This document shows, one piece after another, positions 1 to 8,639 of a DNA stretch of 19,213 nt (within the stretch, counting starts at the first letter, position 1; each line of letters starts with the position of its first letter). Under the pieces are notes generated by a model. That model made no database searches and was not told the DNA's origin. It saw only the letters and a list, made by a program, of their open reading frames with translations. Where the stretch lies: the NCBI GenBank assembly GCA_023136205.1, contig JAGLRQ010000031.1, positions 1 to 19,213 of the forward strand, written 5' to 3'. The DNA comes from Candidatus Auribacterota bacterium. GTDB taxonomy: Bacteria > Auribacterota > UBA6266. A program made the translations under genes and the position numbers.

Positions 1-1397
1 GCAACATACTGTACTGTCCTTGGCCTGTAAATTTTTCCACCGTTCGCGATAGCGCTTAAAAATACGGCTGTCTGGATGGGGGTAACAAGCATATAACCCT
101 GGCCAATTGATAAATTAACAGTATCTCCCTCATACCAGGATTGCCCGAACTTTCTTTTTTTCCAATTCCTCGACGGAAGCTCCGGGGAAAGTTCCCCGCT
201 GATATCTATACCCGTCTTTTCTCCGAAACCAAAGGACTTCGCTTTGTTAATTATACTATCTACCCCGCACTTAAGGCCCTCGTTAAAAAAATATACATTG
301 CAGGAATATTTAACAGCATTCAAAAGAGAAACCTGCCCATGGCCTTCTTTGTTCCAGCAATTGAAAACGGTATCTCCATAAGGAAACTCACCATTACAGG
401 TGTAAGCCGCGCTAACTGAAAAACCATTCCTTTCAAGGAACGCCAGCATAACTACAAGTTTAAAAATTGAGCCCGGAGGATAAAATCCCCGAACCGCCCT
501 GTTTAACAGAGGCGATGATTTATTATTAATAAGCCTGCTTATCTCTTCACCTGCCGCGGAACCTGAAAAAACATTAGGGTTAAACGACGGCTTTGAAGCC
601 ATAGCCAGAATGTTGCCATTCCGGGGGTTCATAACAATAACCACACCGGCGGCTATGTCTTTAAATGTTTTTTCAACATCTCTCTGTAAATCGCTATCCA
701 CAGTCGTATAAATATCATATCCCCTTACAGAAGGCTGGGTTTTTAAGACTTTATCACGGTAACCCAGGCTATCCACCTGCACCTGCATTCCACCCGGCCT
801 GCCGCGAAGGAAAGCTTCGTACTCCTTTTCTATACCTGTCCTGCCTATCACATCCTCAACGGAATAACCCTTATCCTTTCTGCTTTTATATTCAATGCCG
901 CTAATTCTGCCAACATACCCGAGGAAAGTACTCCCGACGCTGCCATAAACATAATGCCTTACAGGAACACGCTCGACGACAACACCAGGATAATCCAGAT
1001 CATCTTCTTCAATAGAAGCAACTGTTTCCAGGGAAATGTCACGCTTAATTACAACCGGAGTGTACGGTTGATATCTGTATTCACCAAGTTTTTTCTCAAT
1101 ATATTTACGGCCGATATCCAGTATTTCTTCCAGGAAAAGTATTGTTTTCTCCTTATCCTTAATATCTTCCTCAATAAGTGTTACATTATATGAAGGGCGG
1201 CTGTCCGCGAGCAGTCTTTTATCGCGATCGTAGATATTGCCCCTCTGCGGAGTTATGTTTACCAGCCTTATCCTGTTATTCAGGGAATATTCTTTGTATT
1301 TAACATAATCTATAATCTGTATCATAAATAATTTAATTACAATCACTGCCAGGAAAATAATTCCCAAAAACAAAAGTATTCTTAATCTCGTATTCAT
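1..1397 (-). CDS. mrdA: Penicillin-binding protein 2 / peptidoglycan D,D-transpeptidase (MrdA). The 3' end lies beyond the window edge.
   Basis: Absent from the ORF track because it has no stop in the window. Hand translation from ATG 1397..1395 gives MNTRLRILLFLGIIFLAVIVIKLF (N-terminal TM anchor)...NITPQRGNIYDRD.... Transpeptidase motifs are SxxK (PPGSIFK) and SxN (YSCN). The frame stays open to position 1. The start overlaps the mreD stop (ATGA). The gene sits in the canonical mreB-mreC-mreD-mrdA position. Confidence 0.9.
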   Translation of the reverse strand, partial: MNTRLRILLFLGIIFLAVIVIKLFMIQIIDYVKYKEYSLNNRIRLVNITPQRGNIYDRDKRLLADSRPSYNVTLIEEDIKDKEKTILFLEEILDIGRKYIEKKLGEYRYQPYTPVVIKRDISLETVASIEEDDLDYPGVVVERVPVRHYVYGSVGSTFLGYVGRISGIEYKSRKDKGYSVEDVIGRTGIEKEYEAFLRGRPGGMQVQVDSLGYRDKVLKTQPSVRGYDIYTTVDSDLQRDVEKTFKDIAAGVVIVMNPRNGNILAMASKPSFNPNVFSGSAAGEEISRLINNKSSPLLNRAVRGFYPPGSIFKLVVMLAFLERNGFSVSAAYTCNGEFPYGDTVFNCWNKEGHGQVSLLNAVKYSCNVYFFNEGLKCGVDSIINKAKSFGFGEKTGIDISGELSPELPSRNWKKRKFGQSWYEGDTVNLSIGQGYMLVTPIQTAVFLSAIANGGKIYRPRTVQYV

Positions 1398-1888
1398 CCC
1401 TTGTCCACCTCCTCTTTAAAAAACATATCAAGCAGAGGAATGAGAATACAGGAAAACGCGAGATTTACAAAAGAAAAGGCAATAAATTCCATGTTTATAA
1501 TAGGCATCCGTGAAATACCCTGGACAATATTTGTAATATTCGTGGAAATATACGCGAAAACATAGGAAGATATCCATATCACGGCAAATTTCGTCGTCAA
1601 ATGCTCCTTATACAAATGGTTTCTTGTAATCACAATCAACAAAACGCACACGGCGGAAGAAGCCGCCATGCTGCCAACAGCCCCGCCCGAAAAAGAATCG
1701 CTCAAAAAACCGGAAAAAACCCCGACAAGCATTCCTGTAGAAAAGCCAAACAACAATGTGGCATAACAGGTAATGATTAAAAGGAAATCCGGCTTTATCG
1801 CTATAAAAGGAATTGGAAAAGATGACACAAAACTCACTTCAACAATTAACATAAGAAAAATAATCAAAATGAATTTGATTTTTACCAA
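1394..1888 (-). CDS. mreD: Rod shape-determining protein MreD
   Basis: 164-aa polytopic membrane protein located after mreC and before mrdA. It has the MreD-like IKPDFLLIITCYATLLFG...GMLVGVFSGFLSDS region. The track start at 1888 is TTG, preceded by GGGGTG 4 nt upstream. An alternative ATG start is at 1852. Confidence 0.75.
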   Translation of the reverse strand: MVKIKFILIIFLMLIVEVSFVSSFPIPFIAIKPDFLLIITCYATLLFGFSTGMLVGVFSGFLSDSFSGGAVGSMAASSAVCVLLIVITRNHLYKEHLTTKFAVIWISSYVFAYISTNITNIVQGISRMPIINMEFIAFSFVNLAFSCILIPLLDMFFKEEVDKG

Positions 1889-1898
1889 TTCACACCCC

Positions 1899-2077
1899 TA
1901 TCTCGTACAAAACAGTATCTCGTCCCCTCCGGGGAGGCTACGCTGCGCTCCGCACTATCTCGTGAATCGTTAAAAGATTCAAAGATAAAAAATCCTTTAT
2001 AGGACGCAGATTATTAGTCCGCGTCCAATTCTTCTTATTTTCTTTTTCTCTGTGTTTCCGTGTCTCTGCGGCTATTT
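1899..2077. repeat. Composite intergenic repeat, copy 1 (mreC/mreD spacer)
   Basis: Plus-strand layout: TATCTCGT (1899-1906), 9 nt, TATCTCGT (1916-1923), 32-nt GC-rich core cccctccggggaggctacgctgcgctccgcac (1924-1955), TATCTCGT (1956-1963). A variable middle carries the hairpin GGACGC..GCGTCC (2002-2026). A 42-nt pyrimidine-rich module spans 2036-2077. Hand alignment: 1909-1970 vs 11257-11318 is 56/62; 1916-1963 vs 11342-11389 is 46/48; 2036-2077 vs 11427-11468 is 40/42. Confidence 0.85.
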
Positions 2078-2082
2078 GCAAT

Positions 2083-2898
2083 TTATTTTTTTCTTCTTTT
2101 CTCTCTTTCTTCTCTCTTCTCACCAACAACAACGAGAACGTCCTCAATTTTATCGAAATCCACCTCGGGCCGAACCTTCGCGAACTTGTTTAACTCGTCT
2201 TTTTCCGTATAAACACTTATTATCGCGCCAACAAGAATCCCTTTGTGAAATATCCCTCCAAGCCCTGAGGTAATAATAATATCTCCTTCCGTTACATCGG
2301 CATTTCTTGAAAGGTAAATCATCTTCAGCCCACCCGCGCTATCACCGGTTATAATTCCTAAGTCCCTGCTATCCTGTATCATCGCGCTGCATTTGTTTTT
2401 CACATCATTGATCTGTAAAACCTTTGATACACTTTTATGAACCTCTATTATTCTGCCCACCAGGCCGGCACCCGCGACCACAACCATTCTTTCTTCAAGG
2501 CCGTCATCCAAACCTTTATCTATAATAAGGGTTTTATTCCAGTTTGAAACATCTCTTCCGATAACCTGCGCGGGCATTGTTTGATACGGAACCCTTTGTT
2601 TAAATTCAAGAAGTTCCCTGAGCTGGCTATTCTCAATAGCAGATTCTCTTGTCTCGTTAAGGCTGGTTTTTAAAAGCGCGATTTCTTTTTTTAAACGCTG
2701 ATTTTCTTCAATCAGAAATCTCACTTTTGTAATTTTAACTAAAGGAGAAGCTTCGTTCTTAATAAAACTTGCCATCTTAAGAAATGGAGTAATAACCCGA
2801 ATACTGAAGCTCTTTAAAGAGGTGGAAACCGGATCAAATATTAACGCAGAAAAAACAAACAGAAGAACAACAATCAAAACCCTTTTTCGCCACAACAT
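2083..2898 (-). CDS. mreC: Rod shape-determining protein MreC
   Basis: 271 aa with an N-terminal TM segment, a coiled-coil segment (ENQRLKKEIALLK) and the MreC beta-barrel region (GLVGRIIEV..., TSGLGGIFHKGILVG). The ATG at 2898 directly abuts the mreB TAA. The C-terminal tail EKREEREKRRKK is unusually charged. Confidence 0.87.
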   Translation of the reverse strand: MLWRKRVLIVVLLFVFSALIFDPVSTSLKSFSIRVITPFLKMASFIKNEASPLVKITKVRFLIEENQRLKKEIALLKTSLNETRESAIENSQLRELLEFKQRVPYQTMPAQVIGRDVSNWNKTLIIDKGLDDGLEERMVVVAGAGLVGRIIEVHKSVSKVLQINDVKNKCSAMIQDSRDLGIITGDSAGGLKMIYLSRNADVTEGDIIITSGLGGIFHKGILVGAIISVYTEKDELNKFAKVRPEVDFDKIEDVLVVVGEKREEREKRRKK

Positions 2899-3939
2899 TT
2901 ATACACCGCGTCTTCGCCGGACTCCTATTTTTTCAAGAATTTTAATTTCATCAAGCACCTTTCCTGTACCCAAAGCTACAGCCGAAAGGGGATCATCAGC
3001 CACATGTATCGGGAGTCCTGTTTCTTCCGCGAGGAGTTTATCAATGCCCTTCATTAAAGCCCCGCCGCCGGCAAGAACAATTCCCCTGTCAACAAGATCG
3101 GCTGAAAGTTCCGGAGGACATCTTTCAAGAGAAGTTCTTACAACCTCCAGGATTGTGTTGACGGGTTGTATTAAAGCTTCTCTTACTTCTTCAGATCGGA
3201 CGTTCAGCGTTTTAGGAAGCCCTGAAATCTGGTCCCGGCCTTTTACTTCGATGGACAACTCTTCATCCAGTTTATAAGCGGAACCAACACTGATTTTTAT
3301 ATTTTCAGCGGTATTTTTACCTATTAAAAGATTATACTGTCTATTCATGTATTTTATTATTGCTTCATCCATTTCGTCACCACCGGTGCGAATACTCCTG
3401 GAAAAAACAATTCCGGCAAGAGAAATAATCGCTACCTCTGTCGTGCCGCCTCCGATATCAACAATCATATTGCCGGCAGGCTCCTGAACCGGAAGGCCCA
3501 CACCAATAGCGGCAGCCATTGGCTCCTCTATCAAGAAAACTTTTCGTGCTCCCGCGTGTTCCGAAGACTCTCTAACCGCGCGTTTTTCAACCTCGGTTAT
3601 TCCTGAGGGAACAGCAATAATTATCCTGGGCCTCACAAGAGCTTTTCTGTTATGGACCTTGCGTATGAAATAACGAAGCATACTCTCCGTAATTTCGAAA
3701 TCAAAAATAACCCCGTCTTTCATCGGACGAACGGCAATAATATTACCAGGGGTCCTGCCAAGCATTCTCTTTGCTTCTTCCCCAACCGCGAGAACATTCG
3801 TGGTTCCTTCCTGAATCGCGACAACCGAAGGCTCGCAAAGTACAATCCCCCTTCCCTTGACATACACAAGTGTATTGGCTGTCCCTAAATCTATACCAAT
3901 ATCACTTGAAAAAAGCCCGAAAATCGAATCTAAGAACAC
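2899..3939 (-). CDS. mreB: Rod shape-determining actin homologue MreB
   Basis: 346 aa with [46 protein letters not shown] and [16 protein letters not shown], the actin/Hsp70 fold phosphate and adenosine motifs. GTG start at 3939 with GGGAGG 5 nt upstream. Confidence 0.97.
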   Translation of the reverse strand: MFLDSIFGLFSSDIGIDLGTANTLVYVKGRGIVLCEPSVVAIQEGTTNVLAVGEEAKRMLGRTPGNIIAVRPMKDGVIFDFEITESMLRYFIRKVHNRKALVRPRIIIAVPSGITEVEKRAVRESSEHAGARKVFLIEEPMAAAIGVGLPVQEPAGNMIVDIGGGTTEVAIISLAGIVFSRSIRTGGDEMDEAIIKYMNRQYNLLIGKNTAENIKISVGSAYKLDEELSIEVKGRDQISGLPKTLNVRSEEVREALIQPVNTILEVVRTSLERCPPELSADLVDRGIVLAGGGALMKGIDKLLAEETGLPIHVADDPLSAVALGTGKVLDEIKILEKIGVRRRRGV

Positions 3940-3987
3940 GCGTTCCTCCCTGCTATGGAAAGCATTTTAGAGTAAAACAACTCGTTT

Positions 3988-4016
3988 TTTATACCAGACG
4001 AAATCGCGGAAATCAA
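3988..4016 (-). promoter_or_regulatory. Candidate sigma70-type promoter for mreBCD-mrdA
   Basis: Minus strand reads TTGATT (4016..4011), 17-nt spacer, TATAAA (3993..3988), about 50 nt upstream of the mreB GTG. Motif match only, in AT-rich DNA. Confidence 0.3.
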
Positions 4017-4028
4017 TCTTTTTATTTT

Positions 4029-4607
4029 CTACCTTCTTTTTCCGGATTTTATATTTCTCATAAAACCCTTATATGGAAAATATCTGCCGGGGCACTCTGT
4101 TTTCTCCCCCTTTATTTTTCCATGAAAAAGTACATTTTGAGAAGGAATATTGCATTTTTCCATCAAGTCTCTCGTAAGCCATACTAGAGACCAGTATTGT
4201 TTTTTTGTCATTTTATGATTATTTAAGTTGCCTACCACACAGATTCCTATGCCTTCTATATTCAGCCATCTCTGCCTCACGTGCCCGCCCTCAATCTGGC
4301 GTTTCCATCTAAGGCCCGTTTGTATCTGTCCGTCTTCAGTGCCGCTCCGACCATTATTGATCACAAAGTGATATGCTAAACCGTTTTCCATACCCCTTTT
4401 TTTATGACATTTATCAAAGATTTCAGCGTTTCCATCATCTGTCGCGCTGTGATGTATAACTATGTATTTCCAGTTTCCCTTTTGGGCCTCCGCGGGCAGT
4501 GTTGAAAACGCGCCTGTCACAATCAGAGACACCGCCGCCGCAAAAATTATCACAGCAAGAAAATTAAAAGAATATCTGATTTGATATCTCCGATTCCGGT
4601 TTTTCAA
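4029..4607 (-). CDS. N-acetylmuramoyl-L-alanine amidase, amidase_2/PGRP (AmpD/T7-lysozyme-like) family, membrane-anchored or secreted
   Basis: 192 aa with an N-terminal hydrophobic segment (FLAVIIFAAAVSLIVTGAF). WKYIVIHHSAT... and GLAYHFVI... precede the C-terminal ...FHGKIKGEKTECPGRYFP, which resembles the amidase_2 Zn-ligand pattern (H...H...C-P-G). The track start is TTG and is uncertain. Confidence 0.8.
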   Translation of the reverse strand: MKNRNRRYQIRYSFNFLAVIIFAAAVSLIVTGAFSTLPAEAQKGNWKYIVIHHSATDDGNAEIFDKCHKKRGMENGLAYHFVINNGRSGTEDGQIQTGLRWKRQIEGGHVRQRWLNIEGIGICVVGNLNNHKMTKKQYWSLVWLTRDLMEKCNIPSQNVLFHGKIKGEKTECPGRYFPYKGFMRNIKSGKRR

Positions 4608-4699
4608 AACATAGCGCCTCTTTAATTTCGGCCGTCAACACCAGCCCTACAGTATCATTTCACAACTAATTTTTTTTATCAATAGAAAATATATACCTA

Positions 4700-5983
4700 T
4701 TAGTTTTTTATTTTATACTTTTTCATTTCGTTGGAAAGCCTGCCGGGAACTTCGGCCACAACAGTTACAAACTTATCCCCGTATTCTATATGTTTTATAT
4801 TCGTTCTTTCGTGGAATTTTGACAAAACGGCAAAACTTTTAACCGGAATCCGATATTTTCCAAAAACAAGCAGTTTGCCAAGTTCCACTTGAATTCTTTC
4901 ATTAAGTTCTTTGAAACCGGTTTTCTTTAACGCGGATATTGTTATCCCCTCAGGATAAAATCTTTCCAGATCCCTGATATCCGAATCCATATTTCTTATA
5001 TCACTTTTATTAAAGGCCGCGATAACAGGTTTTTCATGCGCGTTAAGCTCCTTTAATACCTTCTTAACAGCCTTATCCTGCTCCAACGCGTCCGGCCTGC
5101 TTAAATCAATAACATACAATAATAAATCCGATTCCGTAACTTCTTCCAGCGTTGCTTTAAATGATTCAATCAGGCCGTGTGGAAGTTTATTGATAAATCC
5201 AACCGTATCAGTAAGCAAAACTTTCTGGCCGGAAGAAAGAAAGTAAGTTCTTGTGGTTGTGTCAAGGGTCGCGAAAAGCTTATCCTCGACACAAATACTG
5301 GAACCCGCCAGGCTGTTTAAAAGAGTGGATTTCCCGACATTTGTATAACCGATTATGGAAATAACGGGAACCGGAACTACTTGTCTTTTTCTCCTTCTTA
5401 CAGCACGTCCCTGCCTGATCTCGGAAAGTTTTTTGTTTAAATGGTAAATTCTCTCCCTGATTCTCCTGCGGTCCACCTCAATCTGCCTTTCACCCGGCCC
5501 CCTTGTCCCTATCCCGCCTTCCTGCCTTGAAAGATGTGTCCACGCGCGAGTCAAACGGGGAAGATAATATTCAAGCTGAGCGCGTTCAACCTGAAGTTTT
5601 CCTTCCCTGCTCACAGCGTGAAGCGCGAAGATATCAAGTATAAGTTCGGTCCTGTCCAGAACCTTAACATCCAGAGAAGAGGTAATGTTCTTTTTCTGCG
5701 CCGGTGTAAGGTCATCATCAAAAATAACTGTTTTTATACCGGCGCCCTCACAAAACAATTTAATCTCTTCGAGTTTTCCCTTTCCGATAAAATAGGCCGG
5801 TGTGGGTGACCTCCTCACATTTGTAAATTCCCGAACCACTTTACCCCCGGCCGTATCAACCAATTGCTTCAACTCCGCGATGGAATCTCTCAGATGCCAC
5901 TTGTCCATGCTGCCATACTGGAGTCCAACAGTCACCACCAGTTCTCTCGTTCTTTCCTTCTGCAGATCAATAATTTTCTTCAT
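4700..5983 (-). CDS. hflX: GTPase HflX
   Basis: 427 aa with an HflX N-terminal domain. G motifs: GYTNVGKSTLLN (G1), DTVGFI (G3), NKSD (G4). ATG start. Overlaps the miaA 3' end by 17 nt. Confidence 0.93.
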   Translation of the reverse strand: MKKIIDLQKERTRELVVTVGLQYGSMDKWHLRDSIAELKQLVDTAGGKVVREFTNVRRSPTPAYFIGKGKLEEIKLFCEGAGIKTVIFDDDLTPAQKKNITSSLDVKVLDRTELILDIFALHAVSREGKLQVERAQLEYYLPRLTRAWTHLSRQEGGIGTRGPGERQIEVDRRRIRERIYHLNKKLSEIRQGRAVRRRKRQVVPVPVISIIGYTNVGKSTLLNSLAGSSICVEDKLFATLDTTTRTYFLSSGQKVLLTDTVGFINKLPHGLIESFKATLEEVTESDLLLYVIDLSRPDALEQDKAVKKVLKELNAHEKPVIAAFNKSDIRNMDSDIRDLERFYPEGITISALKKTGFKELNERIQVELGKLLVFGKYRIPVKSFAVLSKFHERTNIKHIEYGDKFVTVVAEVPGRLSNEMKKYKIKN

Positions 5984-6914
5984 TTTTCTCCAGTTTTTTC
6001 AATATAACATTCGCTATTTTTTCAGGTTTGGTTTCCGCGTTTATATTTATCCATTCTATTCTCTCATCTTTACGAAACCATGTTAACTGTCTTTTCGCGA
6101 AATTGCGAGTGTTCTTCTTCAGGTTTTCAACCGCCTTTTCCAACGTAATTTCATGTTCAAAATATTTTACAAATTCTTTATACCCTATTGCCTGAGATGC
6201 TGTCGAATGTTTAAATTTTTTGTTTTTTAAAACTTTTTCAGCTTCTTTTACAAGCCCTTTCTGTATCATTTTATCAACCCTGCTGTCTATTCGTTTATAA
6301 AGTTCATCGCGTTCCATAAGCAAACCGAAAATCCTGTATTTTCTTCCGGCTATTTTTTCATTGTCAAAAGCCTCCCATTTACAAGTTTCAGACGAAAACT
6401 TTTTGCCGCTCGCGTGGAAAAATTCAAGAGCCCTTATTACGCGCCTTACATTGTTAGGATGAATTTTTTCCGCCGCCCGGGCATCAACTTCTTTAAGCCT
6501 TTCATAAAGGATTTCCGGCCCTTCTTCCAGAATTTCATTTCTGAATTCCTTATCCGGAGGCGGAGATTCGACAATTCCGTCAATAAGGCCCCTGATATAC
6601 ATACCCGTTCCGCCGGATACAATAACATTCCTGCCCCGCGAAAAAATATATTCAATGCAGCTAAGAGACTTTTCACAAAAAAGAGATACATTATAGTTTT
6701 CAGATATTCTTAGTGTATCTATCAGATGATGCGGAACAGCCGCAAGTTCACCGGATAAAGGTTTTGCTGTCCCTATATCCAAACCCTTATAAACCTGCAT
6801 TGAATCCGCGGATATAATCTCGGCATTTATAAAATTGGCAAGTTCTATAGAAACCCCGGTTTTACCTGTGCAGGTAGGGCCAACGATAAAGATGATGGAA
6901 AATTCCTTATTCAC
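5967..6914 (-). CDS. miaA: tRNA dimethylallyltransferase MiaA
   Basis: 315 aa. P-loop IVGPTCTGKTGVSIELA, SADSMQVYKGLDIGTAKP and the IPPT family layout. GTG start 3 nt after the mutL stop, with AGAGGA upstream. Confidence 0.93.
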   Translation of the reverse strand: MNKEFSIIFIVGPTCTGKTGVSIELANFINAEIISADSMQVYKGLDIGTAKPLSGELAAVPHHLIDTLRISENYNVSLFCEKSLSCIEYIFSRGRNVIVSGGTGMYIRGLIDGIVESPPPDKEFRNEILEEGPEILYERLKEVDARAAEKIHPNNVRRVIRALEFFHASGKKFSSETCKWEAFDNEKIAGRKYRIFGLLMERDELYKRIDSRVDKMIQKGLVKEAEKVLKNKKFKHSTASQAIGYKEFVKYFEHEITLEKAVENLKKNTRNFAKRQLTWFRKDERIEWININAETKPEKIANVILKKLEKNEENY

Positions 6915-6917
6915 GAA

Positions 6918-8615
6918 CTACTGTCCTCTATAGTCTCTCTTAAACCATTTTTCTATCAGCGGCTTCTCAAGTTTTACTTTTACAGGCCGCCCGTGCGGAC
7001 AGGTTTGAGGATATTTTGTTCTATTCAGGTCTTCAATAATTCTTTTCATGCTTAAGGGTTCAAGTCGGTCACCCGCTTTTATTGAACGCCGGCATGCCAG
7101 CATCCTGGAAATCTCATCGGCTTTTTGATCAAGATTCATCTTCTTTTCTCTTATCAGCACATCCGCAAGCTCATTAATTGTTTCTTCAACATTGAAATCA
7201 GGCAAAAAAGACGGTATCCCTCCAATTTTAAAAGAATTTTTTCCGAACGGTTCGATATCGAAACCGCATAACCTTATAATCTCAATATTCTCTGTAATCT
7301 TCTCCGCTCCCGCTCCGATCAACTCTATAACAACAGGGTTAAGAAGATACTGTACAGATGAGTTCCCCGCGGAAATTGAATCCAAAAGTTTTTCATAATT
7401 TATTCTTTCCTGCGCGGCATGCTGGTCAATGAGAAAAAGATCCCCATTCTCTTCGACAATAATATAAGTCATCGCATACTGCCCTATTATCCGCGGGCCC
7501 GCGGTTTCCCCGCCCTGAGATGCTGAAAATTCAGGCTGTTCCTCTTTTACGTGCTGAACTTTTCCGCCTTCATCTCCCTTTTGTTCGTACGTACGCGAAG
7601 ATATCCCTGATATATTCAAAGAGGTATCGGATGATTTCAGGGATTGGCTGACCGAATTTTTAATAACAGTTTTTACTTTCTTCTCATCGGCAAATTTTAT
7701 TTCTCTCTTGGAGGGATGCACATTTACATCAAAAAAGAACGGAGGCATAGTAATCAAAAGTATACAGGGCGGAAATCGTCTTTCAGGAACTGAACTTCCG
7801 TAAGCCTCGCGAAACGCGTAAGAAAGAGCCGCGTTCCTGACAGGCCTTCCATTAACAAAGAAAAACTGGTGATCCCTGTCCGGACTGTTTAACTGAGGCC
7901 GGGCAATCAGCCCTCTTATTTTAATTTCACCGTCAGTAAAATTCACATTTTCGCTCTGTGTGGAAAATCCTTTCAGCAAAAGTTTTGACGCTTTATATTC
8001 CAGCTCATCGTCCCTGGAAAACGTATAGATCATCTTGCCGTCTTTAACAAATCTGAATGAAATATCTTCGTGGGAAAGGATATACTCCGTAATGGTTCTC
8101 TCACACCAGTATTCTTCGGTAGCATCAGTCTTTAAAAATTTCCTTCTCGCCGGAACATTAAAGAAGAGGCCTTTTATATTTACAAGAGTCCCTTTCGCGG
8201 CGCCGGTTTCTTCAACAAATTTTATCCTCCCGCCTTCAACCAGAATCCTGTTACCTGTATTGCCGTTGGAGGGTTTCGAAACTATCTCTATCTTTGATAC
8301 CGCGGCTATGCTTGCAAGGGCTTCTCCCCTGAAACCCAGTGAATAAAGGTTTGCCATATCACCTATGGACTTTATCTTGCTCGTCGTATGCCGTTCAACA
8401 GAAAGGATAAGGTCATCCCTAACCATTCCTTCACCGTCATCTTTGACTATTATTGATCTTTTGCCGCCGGCGCTAATTTCAACCTCAATTCTTCCGGCTC
8501 CGGCATCTATGGCATTTTCAATTAATTCCTTTAAAACAGAAGCAGGCCTTTGAACAACTTCTCCGGCAGCAATCCTGTTTATAAGTTCGTCTGAAAGAAT
8601 ACTTATTTTTGCCAT
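6918..8615 (-). CDS. mutL: DNA mismatch repair protein MutL (endonuclease-type)
   Basis: GHKL ATPase N-terminus (NRIAAGEVVQRPASVLKELIENAIDAGA, GFRGEAL). The C-terminal domain carries DQHAAQERINYE (the DQHA-x2-E-x4-E endonuclease motif) and CPHGRP. I prefer ATG 8615 (MAKISILSD..., with GAAGGTG 6 nt upstream) over the track's GTG at 8624. Confidence 0.95.
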   Translation of the reverse strand: MAKISILSDELINRIAAGEVVQRPASVLKELIENAIDAGAGRIEVEISAGGKRSIIVKDDGEGMVRDDLILSVERHTTSKIKSIGDMANLYSLGFRGEALASIAAVSKIEIVSKPSNGNTGNRILVEGGRIKFVEETGAAKGTLVNIKGLFFNVPARRKFLKTDATEEYWCERTITEYILSHEDISFRFVKDGKMIYTFSRDDELEYKASKLLLKGFSTQSENVNFTDGEIKIRGLIARPQLNSPDRDHQFFFVNGRPVRNAALSYAFREAYGSSVPERRFPPCILLITMPPFFFDVNVHPSKREIKFADEKKVKTVIKNSVSQSLKSSDTSLNISGISSRTYEQKGDEGGKVQHVKEEQPEFSASQGGETAGPRIIGQYAMTYIIVEENGDLFLIDQHAAQERINYEKLLDSISAGNSSVQYLLNPVVIELIGAGAEKITENIEIIRLCGFDIEPFGKNSFKIGGIPSFLPDFNVEETINELADVLIREKKMNLDQKADEISRMLACRRSIKAGDRLEPLSMKRIIEDLNRTKYPQTCPHGRPVKVKLEKPLIEKWFKRDYRGQ

Positions 8616-8639
8616 TTTAAACACCTTCTGTTTTTACTT

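Noticed and set aside
1938-2147. The 69-aa minus-strand ORF here and the 97-aa ORF at 11275-11568 share the peptide ETRKHREKEN, hinting at a small conserved protein
   Set aside because: The shared peptide is simply the translated 42-nt R module. Each ORF starts inside the 3' end of a well-supported upstream gene (mreC or miaB) in another frame. Neither has an RBS. Outside the repeat modules the two ORFs differ completely in sequence and length.
4664-4705. 7-bp inverted repeat AACTAAT...ATTAGTT spanning the hflX stop codon, a possible terminator or regulatory hairpin
   Set aside because: The stem is short and entirely AT-rich, with a 28-nt loop and no following U-tract on the gene strand. This is expected by chance in such AT-rich spacer DNA.
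6446-6691. Same-strand out-of-frame ORFs nested in miaA (81 aa) and in the ATPase gene (18361-18567, 68 aa)
   Set aside because: They are fully embedded in alternative frames of conserved genes. I see no motifs and no translation signals, so they are chance ORFs.
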